A DNA stretch of 64,000 bases, from positions 16,595 through 80,594 of the forward strand of contig CAZNMD010000002.1 of the NCBI GenBank assembly GCA_964574355.1, written 5' to 3'. Shown one piece after another: positions 9,038 to 17,059 of the stretch. Below the pieces are notes generated by a model, which was given only the letters and a program-made list of their open reading frames with translations, had not been told where the DNA came from and ran no database searches. The stretch is from an uncultured Candidatus Saccharibacteria bacterium (GTDB taxonomy: Bacteria; Patescibacteriota; Minisyncoccia; Phycocordibacterales; DSPV01). Numbering within the stretch: position 1 is the stretch's first letter; the number at the start of each line of letters is the position of its first letter. The position numbers and the translations under genes were made by a program.

Positions 9038-9496
9038 TTATGAAAGATATTTTTTACTTGCCCAGTAATAGACGAGTACGCGTAAGGCAAATGCCGTCAT
9101 TTCAATGTATCCACTGAGGTTATAGGTATAAAACAAAAGACCATATATGCGGGCACACCCACTGACGATGAGTATATATAACGTAGAAAGCAGTAGTATT
9201 TCTTTTGGGTCAAATCCTTGATAGCTGTGCTTTATAACTCGTGTTGAGTAGAGAACCCCAAGGAAGGTGATAAGCGGATACACAAAAACAGTTACTATGT
9301 TTTTCCAGAAAAAATCTGCTTGTATAAATGTTGACCAAGTAAGGTCAAAGGCGAGCCCAAGAAGCATTGGGATCATAAAACCTGCCTGTAGCCAATGAAG
9401 CAGGGCAATTTTCCAGCTTTCTGTTTTTTTCTTAGCGTGCATGGGGTGGTGTATATGGTCTACCCGCCGCTTCTTCACGATGAACCATTTCTTCAT
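9038..9496 (-). CDS. integral membrane protein
   Basis: 152 aa, 4 predicted transmembrane helices, basic N-terminus; a 50-codon hydrophobic upstream ORF overlaps its start. Confidence 0.55.
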   Translation of the reverse strand: MKKWFIVKKRRVDHIHHPMHAKKKTESWKIALLHWLQAGFMIPMLLGLAFDLTWSTFIQADFFWKNIVTVFVYPLITFLGVLYSTRVIKHSYQGFDPKEILLLSTLYILIVSGCARIYGLLFYTYNLSGYIEMTAFALRVLVYYWASKKYLS

Positions 9497-9719
9497 AATT
9501 GTTCACAAAAATTCTATATCCTTCAGCAACAGCAATTTCAAAAATGAGTATTGAAAAAGCTATAATGAGTGTGATGCGGAGAGATTTGGTCATTTGTTTT
9601 TAGTAGTGTCCTTAATAGTACCATCGGTGAGCATCGCGTCTTTAGGTACCGTTTAAATAGTATATTGTTATAATGAAAAGGCGGGGAAAATAGTATATTA
9701 ATTATTTAACGTAACGTAT

Positions 9720-9968
9720 ATGGAAACTCCTTCAGGTGGTGACGAGACAATGAAAAAGCTTGAGTCAACGCTTGCGTTTGTTGGGCCATTGTCTCCAGAA
9801 CAAAAGGCCAGGGCTATAGAGGTTTGTGAAACTCCTCTTGAAAATACATGGGCAATTGTAAAGGCAGATGGAACGATTGAGTATCGTGTTTCAAATACAG
9901 AAGATGGTTCTGATGTGTTGGGAAGTGAAGTAGAAGCCGATGTTGTTGCAGCCGGGTTTCTTGGGTAA
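9720..9968 (+). CDS. small hypothetical protein (likely starts at the internal ATG, MKKLESTLAF...)
   Basis: ORF preceded by an extended -10 (TGtTATAAT) and GGTGGTGA; followed by a terminator. Confidence 0.4.
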   Translation: METPSGGDETMKKLESTLAFVGPLSPEQKARAIEVCETPLENTWAIVKADGTIEYRVSNTEDGSDVLGSEVEADVVAAGFLG

Positions 9969-9995
9969 GAGAACGCTCAAATAAATAAAGTATAT

Positions 9996-10028
9996 TAAAA
10001 ACACAACCAGGTACGGTTGTGTTTTTGT
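9996..10028. terminator. bidirectional terminator
   Basis: ACACAACC-aggtac-GGTTGTGT followed by TTTTGTGT. Confidence 0.65.
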
Positions 10029-10039
10029 GTGACGACAGA

Positions 10040-10486
10040 TTATGCTGCCATGTTGGTGTGAATCAACACTTCCTCTGGTTCCCAGTAGATGTCACCTCCT
10101 TCCTGATCAGAGGTGACAACATAGATGTGTCCCACTCCACCAATAGCTTCACGGGGACAGTAGAGTGCGTGAGGAACTCCGGCTGGTACGACGATCGCAC
10201 CTTGCTGTTGAGGGTTTCTGCTGACGATCTCCCCGTTCATTTCCATGAGAATGGTGACATCTCCCCATTGGTGGATGTACACCTTTTCTTTCTGAACGTG
10301 TTTATGGAAGGGTGTTGCCGAACCTGCCACCATACAGACCTTGCGTATGCCAAGTGTTCTTGATCGAGGACTTGCCTCGTCATCAGTTACCGCGATGGGT
10401 AGTAGGGTCCCATTTCCTGTGTATGGTTTGAAAATCCGTGTTCCTTTGGAAACGTGATTGAGAATGTTGGGTAAGATAATAGTCAC
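10040..10486 (-). CDS. cupin-domain protein
   Basis: HKHVQKEKVYIHQWGDVTIL ... VVPAGVPHAL, the two cupin motifs. Confidence 0.65.
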   Translation of the reverse strand: MTIILPNILNHVSKGTRIFKPYTGNGTLLPIAVTDDEASPRSRTLGIRKVCMVAGSATPFHKHVQKEKVYIHQWGDVTILMEMNGEIVSRNPQQQGAIVVPAGVPHALYCPREAIGGVGHIYVVTSDQEGGDIYWEPEEVLIHTNMAA

Positions 10487-10599
10487 AATGGCTCCTTAGA
10501 TGTTGAGGTTTGTGGTTTGGTACGTCTTCCGGGGAGAAAGCTATCAGAAAGGGAAGGTGGTGTCGAGGATGGAAGAGAGCTTAGGGGATGATGTTAAAA

Positions 10600-10640
10600 C
10601 TTTTTAAATAAAACCTGTCCACCGAAGTGGACAGGTTGGA
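10600..10640. terminator. bidirectional terminator
   Basis: AAAACCTGTCCAC-cgaa-GTGGACAGGTT. Confidence 0.6.
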
Positions 10641-10650
10641 GGACGAATCT

Positions 10651-10983
10651 CTAGGTTGCACGGACCGTTTGTTTTGCTTTTTCTTGATGTCTGCGGGCAA
10701 GCTTGTAGAAGGGGCAGTTATGGAACAAACCAGCAAGTTGTGCAAAGTCGTCCCGTCGCGTGAAATTCGCGCACTTGAAACAGTAGGTGTTTCTATTTGT
10801 GTGGCGAATGTGTCGGTGGCTTACATCGCTTGTTTCATGAATCCAATCGAATGTTCGACGAGAGCCGCATTTTGGACACTTACTTCCAAGCAGTCTCAAA
10901 AAATCAAAAAACAAGTAGAATACGCCGAGGATCAGAGCCAGAACGATTATGAAGGCCAAAATACCTAATATCTTGAGGAGCAT
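10651..10983 (-). CDS. membrane-anchored zinc-ribbon protein
   Basis: N-terminal transmembrane helix, then CPKCG ... CFKC cysteine pairs. Confidence 0.5.
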   Translation of the reverse strand: MLLKILGILAFIIVLALILGVFYLFFDFLRLLGSKCPKCGSRRTFDWIHETSDVSHRHIRHTNRNTYCFKCANFTRRDDFAQLAGLFHNCPFYKLARRHQEKAKQTVRAT

Positions 10984-11350
10984 GCGAATCCTTTTTGTTA
11001 AGGTTGTTTGGGAACAAAATTATCTGGTAAATATAATAACTTAATAAAAGTTATTTGTCAATATCATTTCGATTTTTCAACGTAAAACACGAAGGTGTTT
11101 TGTTCATTTTAACCATCAAAAAATCACCTTTTTTGGGCGATTTTGTTTTGATGCTGTGTGATGTCTATTCGTTTTATTTATAACAAAAAAATTTTAAATA
11201 AGTGGATAACTTAAAATTGTACGTAGTCCTATTTTAAAAAAGTGGGGCACTGTCATACAGGAGTACTCTTTTTGGTGAAGTATGTATTGAATATTTCGTG
11301 CCCGAATCTTTACAGTCATTATCCTTGCATGTTGTGTTGGTGTTATTTAT

Positions 11351-11380
11351 TTGACCAGTGAACGTTTGTTCACTTATACT
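11351..11380 (+). promoter_or_regulatory. LexA-repressed promoter: -35 TTGACC, SOS (Cheo-type) box GTGAACGTTTGTTCAC, -10 TATACT
   Basis: The GAAC-N4-GTTC palindrome sits exactly in the spacer between the -35 and -10 hexamers, directly upstream of lexA. Confidence 0.7.
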
Positions 11381-11386
11381 CTATGC

Positions 11387-11581
11387 ATGTCACAAGGCGA
11401 ACACACCATTGCTATTTCATACGAAATTGAGCGGCTCAATCAGATTATTGATAAGAAGATCATCAAGGGTGTTAATTACTGTGCCGAAGCAAAAAAGCAT
11501 CGTGAACTTTTGCGACTGTTGAAGCGAGACAAGAGTCAGTTTAGTTTAAGCAAAGTGTTTTCGTTTATAGGTATCTTCTAA
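11387..11581 (+). CDS. small ORF (64 aa) that is first in the LexA-controlled transcript
   Basis: Follows the SOS promoter directly with no Shine-Dalgarno sequence (possibly leaderless); helical, Lys/Leu-rich; ends 1 nt before lexA. Confidence 0.3.
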   Translation: MSQGEHTIAISYEIERLNQIIDKKIIKGVNYCAEAKKHRELLRLLKRDKSQFSLSKVFSFIGIF

Positions 11582-11582
11582 T

Positions 11583-12149
11583 ATGCATAACGAATACCAA
11601 GATAAAATTGTTTCTTTTTTCAGACGCAATAAGCGCCTGCCTTCATATCGTGAAGTGATGAAATTACTTGGATTCAAATCGACTAATGCCGTGCACAAGT
11701 TGATGAACAAACTCGTGGACGCTGGTGTGCTTAATCGTGATTCAAGTGGAAAGTTAGCACCTAGTAACATTTTTGGAGAGGTCGCTCTCTTGGGGTCGGT
11801 AAAAGCAGGATTTCCATCACCGGCCGAAGAAGAATTGCAGGATACGATGAGCCTCGATGATTTTTTGATTGAGAAAAAAGAATCAACCTATATGCTGACG
11901 GTAGATGGAGATTCCATGATAGATGCTCATATAGCAGAAGGGGACATGGTTTTGGTTGAACGGACTAATAAAGCGAAAGATGGAGAAATTGTTATTGCCG
12001 AAGTAGATGGAGAGTTTACGATGAAGTATTTCAGGCAGTTAGGTAACAAAGTATGGCTTGAACCGGCAAACAAGAAATATAAACCTATTTACCCGACCGA
12101 AAGTTTAAATATCACTGCCAAAGTCAAAGCAGTTATACGAAAGATTTAA
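11583..12149 (+). CDS. lexA: LexA repressor (winged helix-turn-helix plus S24 peptidase)
   Basis: N-terminal YREVMKLLGFKSTNAVHKLMNKLVDAGVL; C-terminal GDSMIDAHIAEGDMVLVE ... GEIVIAEVDGEFTMKY. Confidence 0.85.
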   Translation: MHNEYQDKIVSFFRRNKRLPSYREVMKLLGFKSTNAVHKLMNKLVDAGVLNRDSSGKLAPSNIFGEVALLGSVKAGFPSPAEEELQDTMSLDDFLIEKKESTYMLTVDGDSMIDAHIAEGDMVLVERTNKAKDGEIVIAEVDGEFTMKYFRQLGNKVWLEPANKKYKPIYPTESLNITAKVKAVIRKI

Positions 12150-12158
12150 GTGAGGTCT

Positions 12159-13466
12159 ATGAAACCATTATCTTTGCGCTCTTTCCCGAGGGCCATACTT
12201 CATATTGATGGTGATTGTTTTTTTGCATCATGTGAAGTTGCTCGCAACCCATCTCTAAAAGGTAAACCCGTCATTACTGGGCGAGAGCGTGGGATCGCTT
12301 CTTCCATGACGTATGAGGCGAAAGCACGAGGAGTAAAACGGGGGATGCAACTTTCCGAAATCAAAAAGATTTGTCCGGACGCTATTATTCTTCCTTCCGA
12401 TTATGAGAGCTATAGTCTGTATTCCAAGCGAATGTTTGAGATAGTGAGACGCTATACTCCTGATGTTGATGAGTACAGCATTGATGAATGTTTTGCTGAC
12501 CTGACTGGTCTTAAGAGGTCTCTTCGGATGTCGTACGAGCAAATGGCTGAGCGTATTAAGTCGGATCTTGATTTGGAATTAGGTATGACTTTTTCAGTTG
12601 GGCTTTCGGTAAACAAGGTCACCGCAAAAATCGCGTCTAAATGGAAAAAGCCTTCAGGCCTAACTATTATTCCCGCTTACAATCTTCACCTCTATCTTGA
12701 AAAGCTTCCCATCGAGAAGATATGGGGTATCGGTCCGAACACAACTGCTTACTTAAATAAATTTGGTATCAGGACTGCACTTCAGTTTGCTGAAAAGAAA
12801 AAAGAGTGGGTGAAGGAGAAAGTTACGAAACCTCATCAAGATATTTGGGAGGAGTTGCGTGGCGGTTTTGTTTATAAGCTAGAGACCGAAGAAAAGCACG
12901 ACTACAAATCTATCGGGAAAACACGAACGTTTACGCCTCCGTCGAAAGACAGGGAATTTGTATTTTCGGAGTTGTCCAAAAATATTGAAAATGCTTGTAT
13001 CAAGTTACGCAGACACGGATTGTATACCAAAGAAATTGTTTTCTTTTTAAAGAGACAGGATTTTAGTCATGCGGGGCTTGAATTGAAACTTTCTGTCCAT
13101 GCTTGTATCCCACAAGCTATTTTGGAAGTGGTCGAGAAACATTTTGATGAGGTGTATGTTCCTAATACCTTATATCGTGCAACTGGCATTGTCTTGATGA
13201 AACTGTCTGCTTCAAATTTAGGGACGATGGATTTGTTTGGAAATTATACTGAAGTTGAGAAGATGACTCGTGTATATGGTTCGGTAGACGAGGTTTCTAG
13301 AAAGTATGGAAAGCATACGTTATTTTTAGGATCAAGTTTTATTGCAATGAAAAACCATCAACACGAAGGAGAGCGGGGAGTTACTGCGGAAAGAAAAAAG
13401 CCTCTCTTGGTGGGAGAGACGGATCGAAAGCATTTAAGGGTGCCTCTGTTAGGGAAGGTTAGGTAG
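12159..13466 (+). CDS. dinB: Y-family DNA polymerase (DinB/UmuC-like, Pol IV)
   Basis: ILHIDGDCFFASCEV ... SIDECFADLTG ... GIGPNT; start overlaps the lexA stop. Confidence 0.8.
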   Translation: MKPLSLRSFPRAILHIDGDCFFASCEVARNPSLKGKPVITGRERGIASSMTYEAKARGVKRGMQLSEIKKICPDAIILPSDYESYSLYSKRMFEIVRRYTPDVDEYSIDECFADLTGLKRSLRMSYEQMAERIKSDLDLELGMTFSVGLSVNKVTAKIASKWKKPSGLTIIPAYNLHLYLEKLPIEKIWGIGPNTTAYLNKFGIRTALQFAEKKKEWVKEKVTKPHQDIWEELRGGFVYKLETEEKHDYKSIGKTRTFTPPSKDREFVFSELSKNIENACIKLRRHGLYTKEIVFFLKRQDFSHAGLELKLSVHACIPQAILEVVEKHFDEVYVPNTLYRATGIVLMKLSASNLGTMDLFGNYTEVEKMTRVYGSVDEVSRKYGKHTLFLGSSFIAMKNHQHEGERGVTAERKKPLLVGETDRKHLRVPLLGKVR

Positions 13467-13528
13467 GGGGTGGAGGGAGGGGAGGTTAGAACCTAATTGA
13501 GTATGATGATTATGATATAGTTTAATCT

Positions 13529-13732
13529 ATGAAAGAAAACTGGTTTAAGATTGCCGTTTTGCTTCTTATCGGAATATTGGTTTACCAGATCTCCGTATTT
13601 CTTAATCAAATGGCGTGGAGCTACTCTTATTCCCAAAGAGGAGAGTGTTTGGAGAGGATTTACGCCAGAGGAAACAGTGACCTATTCGACAGCAAAGCAA
13701 ATTGCTTCGATATCATTGCTCCACTTCAATAA
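13529..13732 (+). CDS. small membrane or secreted protein (67 aa)
   Basis: N-terminal hydrophobic helix IAVLLLIGILVYQISVF; weak ribosome-binding site. Confidence 0.3.
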   Translation: MKENWFKIAVLLLIGILVYQISVFLNQMAWSYSYSQRGECLERIYARGNSDLFDSKANCFDIIAPLQ

Positions 13733-13799
13733 AAAGTTTTTGTGATTGGTGGGATTTCAGTAGAACCTGCTCATAGAAATAATATTTGATTTTTCTGCG

Positions 13800-15245
13800 C
13801 TAGGTTTTATGAGAATCTACGTATTTTGCAGTAGGAACCAGGTACTTTGCAGTGCGAAGGAGTTGGCTTATTTCGGTTTTATAGTTGGGAAAGTAGCTCA
13901 GGGCAACAAGGAAGTAACGTGAAATTTTTTCATCATCAGCATAGGAACTCAGAAACTTACTTTTTATTGAGGCTTTTAGTCCTGGGCTTCCAAATTTACC
14001 CACTAGAATGAAATAGTACCCAATCAACATAAAATTATTGGAGTGATATATTTTTTCTTTATCTATCTCGCTGACATGGGAGTGCAGTTTTTTAGCCTTG
14101 GTTAGAGTACGAAGGATAAGTATCTTTTGATAGACGTAGGAACTATCGTCTAATACAGTAGTCAAAAGCGATTGCACCCTTTTTTTATCTATGAAAACCT
14201 CCAGGTACGAAGTTATTGTGCTAGAAAAAGAGGGGTCGAGTAGTTTCTTTTTAAGAATGGAAGCTAGTGGGATTTCAGATTTTATTTCTTTGAATCTGTT
14301 TATGCAAAAATTCACTAAAGTCTTGTCTAACCCTTTGTTTGCTACAGTCCAAAGCCTTTTGAGTTGAGCGAGTGTGTATTTGTTAGTAGCGTCTAGTTTA
14401 AGGCCGTATTGTATACCTTCCATCTCTTCCGAAAATTGATTTGCAGGGGTTAGGTAGCTCTCAGCACTAAGGACGTGCGTTTTACCAGCGGCCAAATGCA
14501 AATTTAATGGACGCATAAGCTCTGTGAGTTTGGCAATTGCTCTACGGATCTCTTTTTCTTCAAGCGCAAAAACACGGATATCGTCCATGAATCTGTAATA
14601 TGTAAATTTCTCATTTATCATCATCTCGTCTATCTCGTGTAAGTAGACATTTCCTAGAAAGGAAGAAGGGTCAGACCCTTGGGGAATACCTATGCCACTC
14701 GCGTGCCAAGTATTCAATAAGTATCCAAGCTTTGATGTAACGTCCTTTGACACGTTTAGTTGATTTAGAATATCAAGTAATTTTTTTATTTGAATGTGTT
14801 CAAAGTAGGCGCTTATATCTGTCTTTAGTAAAAAACCACTGGGGTGTTTATTAAAAAGTTTCTCTGTTTTTGCATGAAATCTCCTCCAAGCTTCTACGCC
14901 ATTTTCGAAGAAATATTTCTCACTTTTAGTCACTCTGTGAGAGAAAACTATTTCTCGATTCAGTAATGAGGTATCAACTGTCTTGGCGAATTTATTTGTT
15001 AAGAGTTGGTAGTAAACTCGATCAGTGAGACGCATGAAGTGTCCTGGGCGTAAAATGAGACTTGCTTTTGGAATATCTAGAACAATTACTGAACCTGGGG
15101 CAGGAGAATTGTAATTGACTGAGATCAATGACGCAGGGTCATCAAGATAGTCGGCGTAGTCAAATACATCAGGCCAAAAATCATTCTTTATGTCCTGTTT
15201 CAGATACTTTATTGCTGTCCCGATGGCTTTTTTGCTGAATCGCAT
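13800..15245 (-). CDS. reverse transcriptase, standalone, bacterial defence/retron/Abi-like class
   Basis: RT motifs: IPKASLILRPGHFMRLTDRVYYQLL (motifs 1/2), LLKTDISAYFEHI (A), GIPQGSDPSSFLGNVYLHEID (B'), YYRFMDDIRVF (C, unusual FMDD), LHLAAGKTHVL (D/E). Followed by a ~190-aa helical C-terminal domain. No maturase/endonuclease domain and no adjacent effector gene. Confidence 0.85.
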   Translation of the reverse strand: MRFSKKAIGTAIKYLKQDIKNDFWPDVFDYADYLDDPASLISVNYNSPAPGSVIVLDIPKASLILRPGHFMRLTDRVYYQLLTNKFAKTVDTSLLNREIVFSHRVTKSEKYFFENGVEAWRRFHAKTEKLFNKHPSGFLLKTDISAYFEHIQIKKLLDILNQLNVSKDVTSKLGYLLNTWHASGIGIPQGSDPSSFLGNVYLHEIDEMMINEKFTYYRFMDDIRVFALEEKEIRRAIAKLTELMRPLNLHLAAGKTHVLSAESYLTPANQFSEEMEGIQYGLKLDATNKYTLAQLKRLWTVANKGLDKTLVNFCINRFKEIKSEIPLASILKKKLLDPSFSSTITSYLEVFIDKKRVQSLLTTVLDDSSYVYQKILILRTLTKAKKLHSHVSEIDKEKIYHSNNFMLIGYYFILVGKFGSPGLKASIKSKFLSSYADDEKISRYFLVALSYFPNYKTEISQLLRTAKYLVPTAKYVDSHKT

Positions 15246-15510
15246 TGCAGGTAGATTCTGCCGATTAATTTTGGTTTTGGCAACTCTAAAGAGCTAGGAC
15301 ATGCAATTAGTTAAGGTGCTTATAGCAGAGATAGGAGATAGGGCGTGTCCGATTAAATCGTAAAAAGAGTGTTGTAATTTTGTCGCTTCGCATCATGTTC
15401 GGAGTGGGGAACCGCGGAGGACCGCTTTCGGTCACGGATAATCATTCGCCGTCGCGAATGATTTCCTCGACCCCGGCTCGTCTGTTTTTTCTACTGAAAA
15501 AACATGACTC
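15246..15510 (-). ncRNA. candidate structured ncRNA or leader associated with the RT (upstream, same strand)
   Basis: 265 nt with no credible ORF and multiple perfect hairpins: TCATTCGC-gacg-GCGAATGA, TGTTTTTT-cagtag-AAAAAACA, GACCG-cttt-CGGTC. Confidence 0.3.
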
Positions 15511-15514
15511 CGCC

Positions 15515-15566
15515 TTTCGATTCCCCCACGCAAAGCGCGCAGGTGCTTTGCTCATCTCCACCAAAG
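15515..15566 (+). repeat. inverted partial copy of the tmRNA 3' end (T-loop 3' half plus acceptor 3' strand), interrupted by a 25-nt hairpin
   Basis: TTCGATTCCCCC[ACGCAAAGCGCGCAGGTGCTTTGCT]CATCTCCACCA on the + strand, versus the tmRNA 3' end GGGGGTTCGATTCCCCCCATCTCCACCA on the - strand. Confidence 0.7.
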
Positions 15567-15599
15567 AAAAATCGCTCACCTTTCGGCGAGCGGATTTTT
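15567..15599 (-). terminator. rho-independent terminator of ssrA
   Basis: Minus strand: AAAAATCCGCTCGCC-gaaa-GGTGAGCGATTTTTCTTT directly after the CCA end. Confidence 0.7.
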
Positions 15600-15603
15600 C
15601 AAC

Positions 15604-15988
15604 TGGTGGAGATGGGGGGAATCGAACCCCCGTGCAAGATGAAAATCTAGGCGGGTCTACGGCACGTAGTCTGCTTTGTTTACGAGAGTGAAGATAGAAA
15701 GCGGACAAAAGTCTTCATTCTCGGTGTTTCTTTATTTAAAACAATAGCCGAAACGATCTACTGTTCGAACTTGGGATATATCGCCCGCTTTCCTCGTCCA
15801 AGTGCCGAAGAAAGAGACGTCACGTAGGACTAACCGAAGTTAGGCGAACGCGAGAGCAAAACCGTACGGAGACGGAATTGCCTTGGTCACAGAGCTGTTG
15901 CCAGGTGTGTTTTGAAGCGGTTTAACGAGTCACTTCATCTCGGTGCCGCGCGCAAAGAGTGTGCATCCTGTCGATGCCGATCATCCCC
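15604..15988 (-). ncRNA. ssrA: tmRNA (SsrA), standard one-piece form
   Basis: 5' end GGGGATGATCGGCATCGACAGGATGC resembles E. coli GGGGCTGATTCTGGATTCGACGGGAT. 3' tRNA-like end GGGGGTTCGATTCCCCCCATCTCCACCA. Candidate tag frame ...AIPSPYGFALAFA followed by TAA. Confidence 0.85.
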
Positions 15989-15995
15989 GTGGCGT

Positions 15996-16442
15996 TTATT
16001 CTCCTTTCAATGTTCTTTGAATGTCGCGTTCTGATTCTCGTTTTTTTATCGAGTCGCGTTTATCAAATTCTTTTTTGCCTCGCGCAATCGCAATACGAAT
16101 CTTCATGCGACGTCCTTTACTATACACTGAAATTGGCACTATTGTCAAACCTTTCTTGGCTTCAAAACCTGCAAGACGTGAAAGTTCTTCTTTGTTCAAG
16201 AGAAGTTTTCGTGGCCTTTTTTCATCGTAGGCTTCTTTAATGTTTTTTGGTTGAAGTGGAATGCAGGTGGCTCCCATTAGAAACGCTTCGCCTCCACGAA
16301 TAGTGATATATGAACCATCAAGAGAGAGACGGCCCGCGCGAATCGATTTCACCTCAAAACCAAGCAACTCAATACCCGCTTCGAACTCTTCAAGAAATTC
16401 GAAATTAAAGTGGGCTTTTTTATTGTCGGACAAAGTAGTCAT
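15996..16442 (-). CDS. smpB: SsrA-binding protein SmpB (likely starts at the internal Met, MTTLSDNKKAHF...)
   Basis: NKKAHFNFEFLEEFEAGIELLGFEVKSIRAG ... GEAFLMGA ... KLLLNKEELSRL ... KGLTIVPISVY ... ARGKKEFDKRD. Lies 8 nt upstream of ssrA. Confidence 0.85.
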   Translation of the reverse strand: MTTLSDNKKAHFNFEFLEEFEAGIELLGFEVKSIRAGRLSLDGSYITIRGGEAFLMGATCIPLQPKNIKEAYDEKRPRKLLLNKEELSRLAGFEAKKGLTIVPISVYSKGRRMKIRIAIARGKKEFDKRDSIKKRESERDIQRTLKGE

Positions 16443-16574
16443 GCGGCAATCATACCGTGCATACTTCGTATTGAAAACACAGAGGAGAGAGATCTTTCCA
16501 ATATAAAAAAGGTATGGTACTTTCATGGTGGGTGAAGGGCTCTTTAAACAAAAACCTCAATAGGAGACTTTTAT

Positions 16575-16967
16575 ATGAATGTAGGATGGGAGGATAGTCT
16601 GCTGCTCTTAGAGAGCAATGACCCGTACGACCAAATGTTGGTAATTGGTATTGTTCTCATTATGGGAGCGCTCTGTGTGTTGCTGTACATTTTGGCTGCC
16701 ATTGTGCGCTCAATGATGAAATGGGCATGTCCTTCATGTGGTCGGTTCAATATGACAAGGGAAGTCATTCGTCGAGAGGATTTTTTCAGAGGTTTGCTTC
16801 CGTGGCAAGTTCTCTGTGATAAGAACATTGTCTGTCGATCGTGTGGATACAGGCAAGAAATCAGTTACGCCAAGGATGTTCGTTCCTGGCCAGCTCGATG
16901 GGCATATCGAATGCGACGGCGGTCTCATGTCAAATCACCTCGCACAATCTCTCTTCCGGCCCGCTGA
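16575..16967 (+). CDS. membrane-anchored zinc-ribbon protein
   Basis: Transmembrane helix followed by CPSCG ... CRSCG; same architecture as the 10651-10983 gene. Confidence 0.5.
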   Translation: MNVGWEDSLLLLESNDPYDQMLVIGIVLIMGALCVLLYILAAIVRSMMKWACPSCGRFNMTREVIRREDFFRGLLPWQVLCDKNIVCRSCGYRQEISYAKDVRSWPARWAYRMRRRSHVKSPRTISLPAR

Positions 16968-17059
16968 CTTTTGTCAGCCAGACCTCGCTTTAGGGCGGGG
17001 TTTTATTTTTTATAACAAAAAGTCGGCAGGATAATTGAAAATGCTATAATGGCCACGTT

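Noticed and set aside
9497-9600. ~50-codon hydrophobic upstream ORF overlapping the start of the 9038-9496 membrane protein
   Set aside because: Below the confidence threshold: no Shine-Dalgarno sequence and an out-of-frame overlap. Mentioned only as context for the small-protein cluster.
12255-12542. 95-aa ORF antisense within dinB
   Set aside because: Embedded in the well-supported Y-family polymerase frame.
13800-15245. Group II intron or DGR interpretation of the reverse transcriptase
   Set aside because: No maturase (X) or endonuclease domain. No domain V-like GAGC...GUUC hairpin or intron boundaries nearby. Motif 4 is QGSDPS, not the DGR-type I/LGxxxSQ. No obvious TR/VR repeat pair within the window.
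15380-15708. ORFs 15380..15691(+) and 15442..15708(-) in the six-frame track
   Set aside because: They overlap the tmRNA 3' end, its terminator and the inverted repeat; they have no ribosome-binding site and low-complexity translations, so they are spurious.
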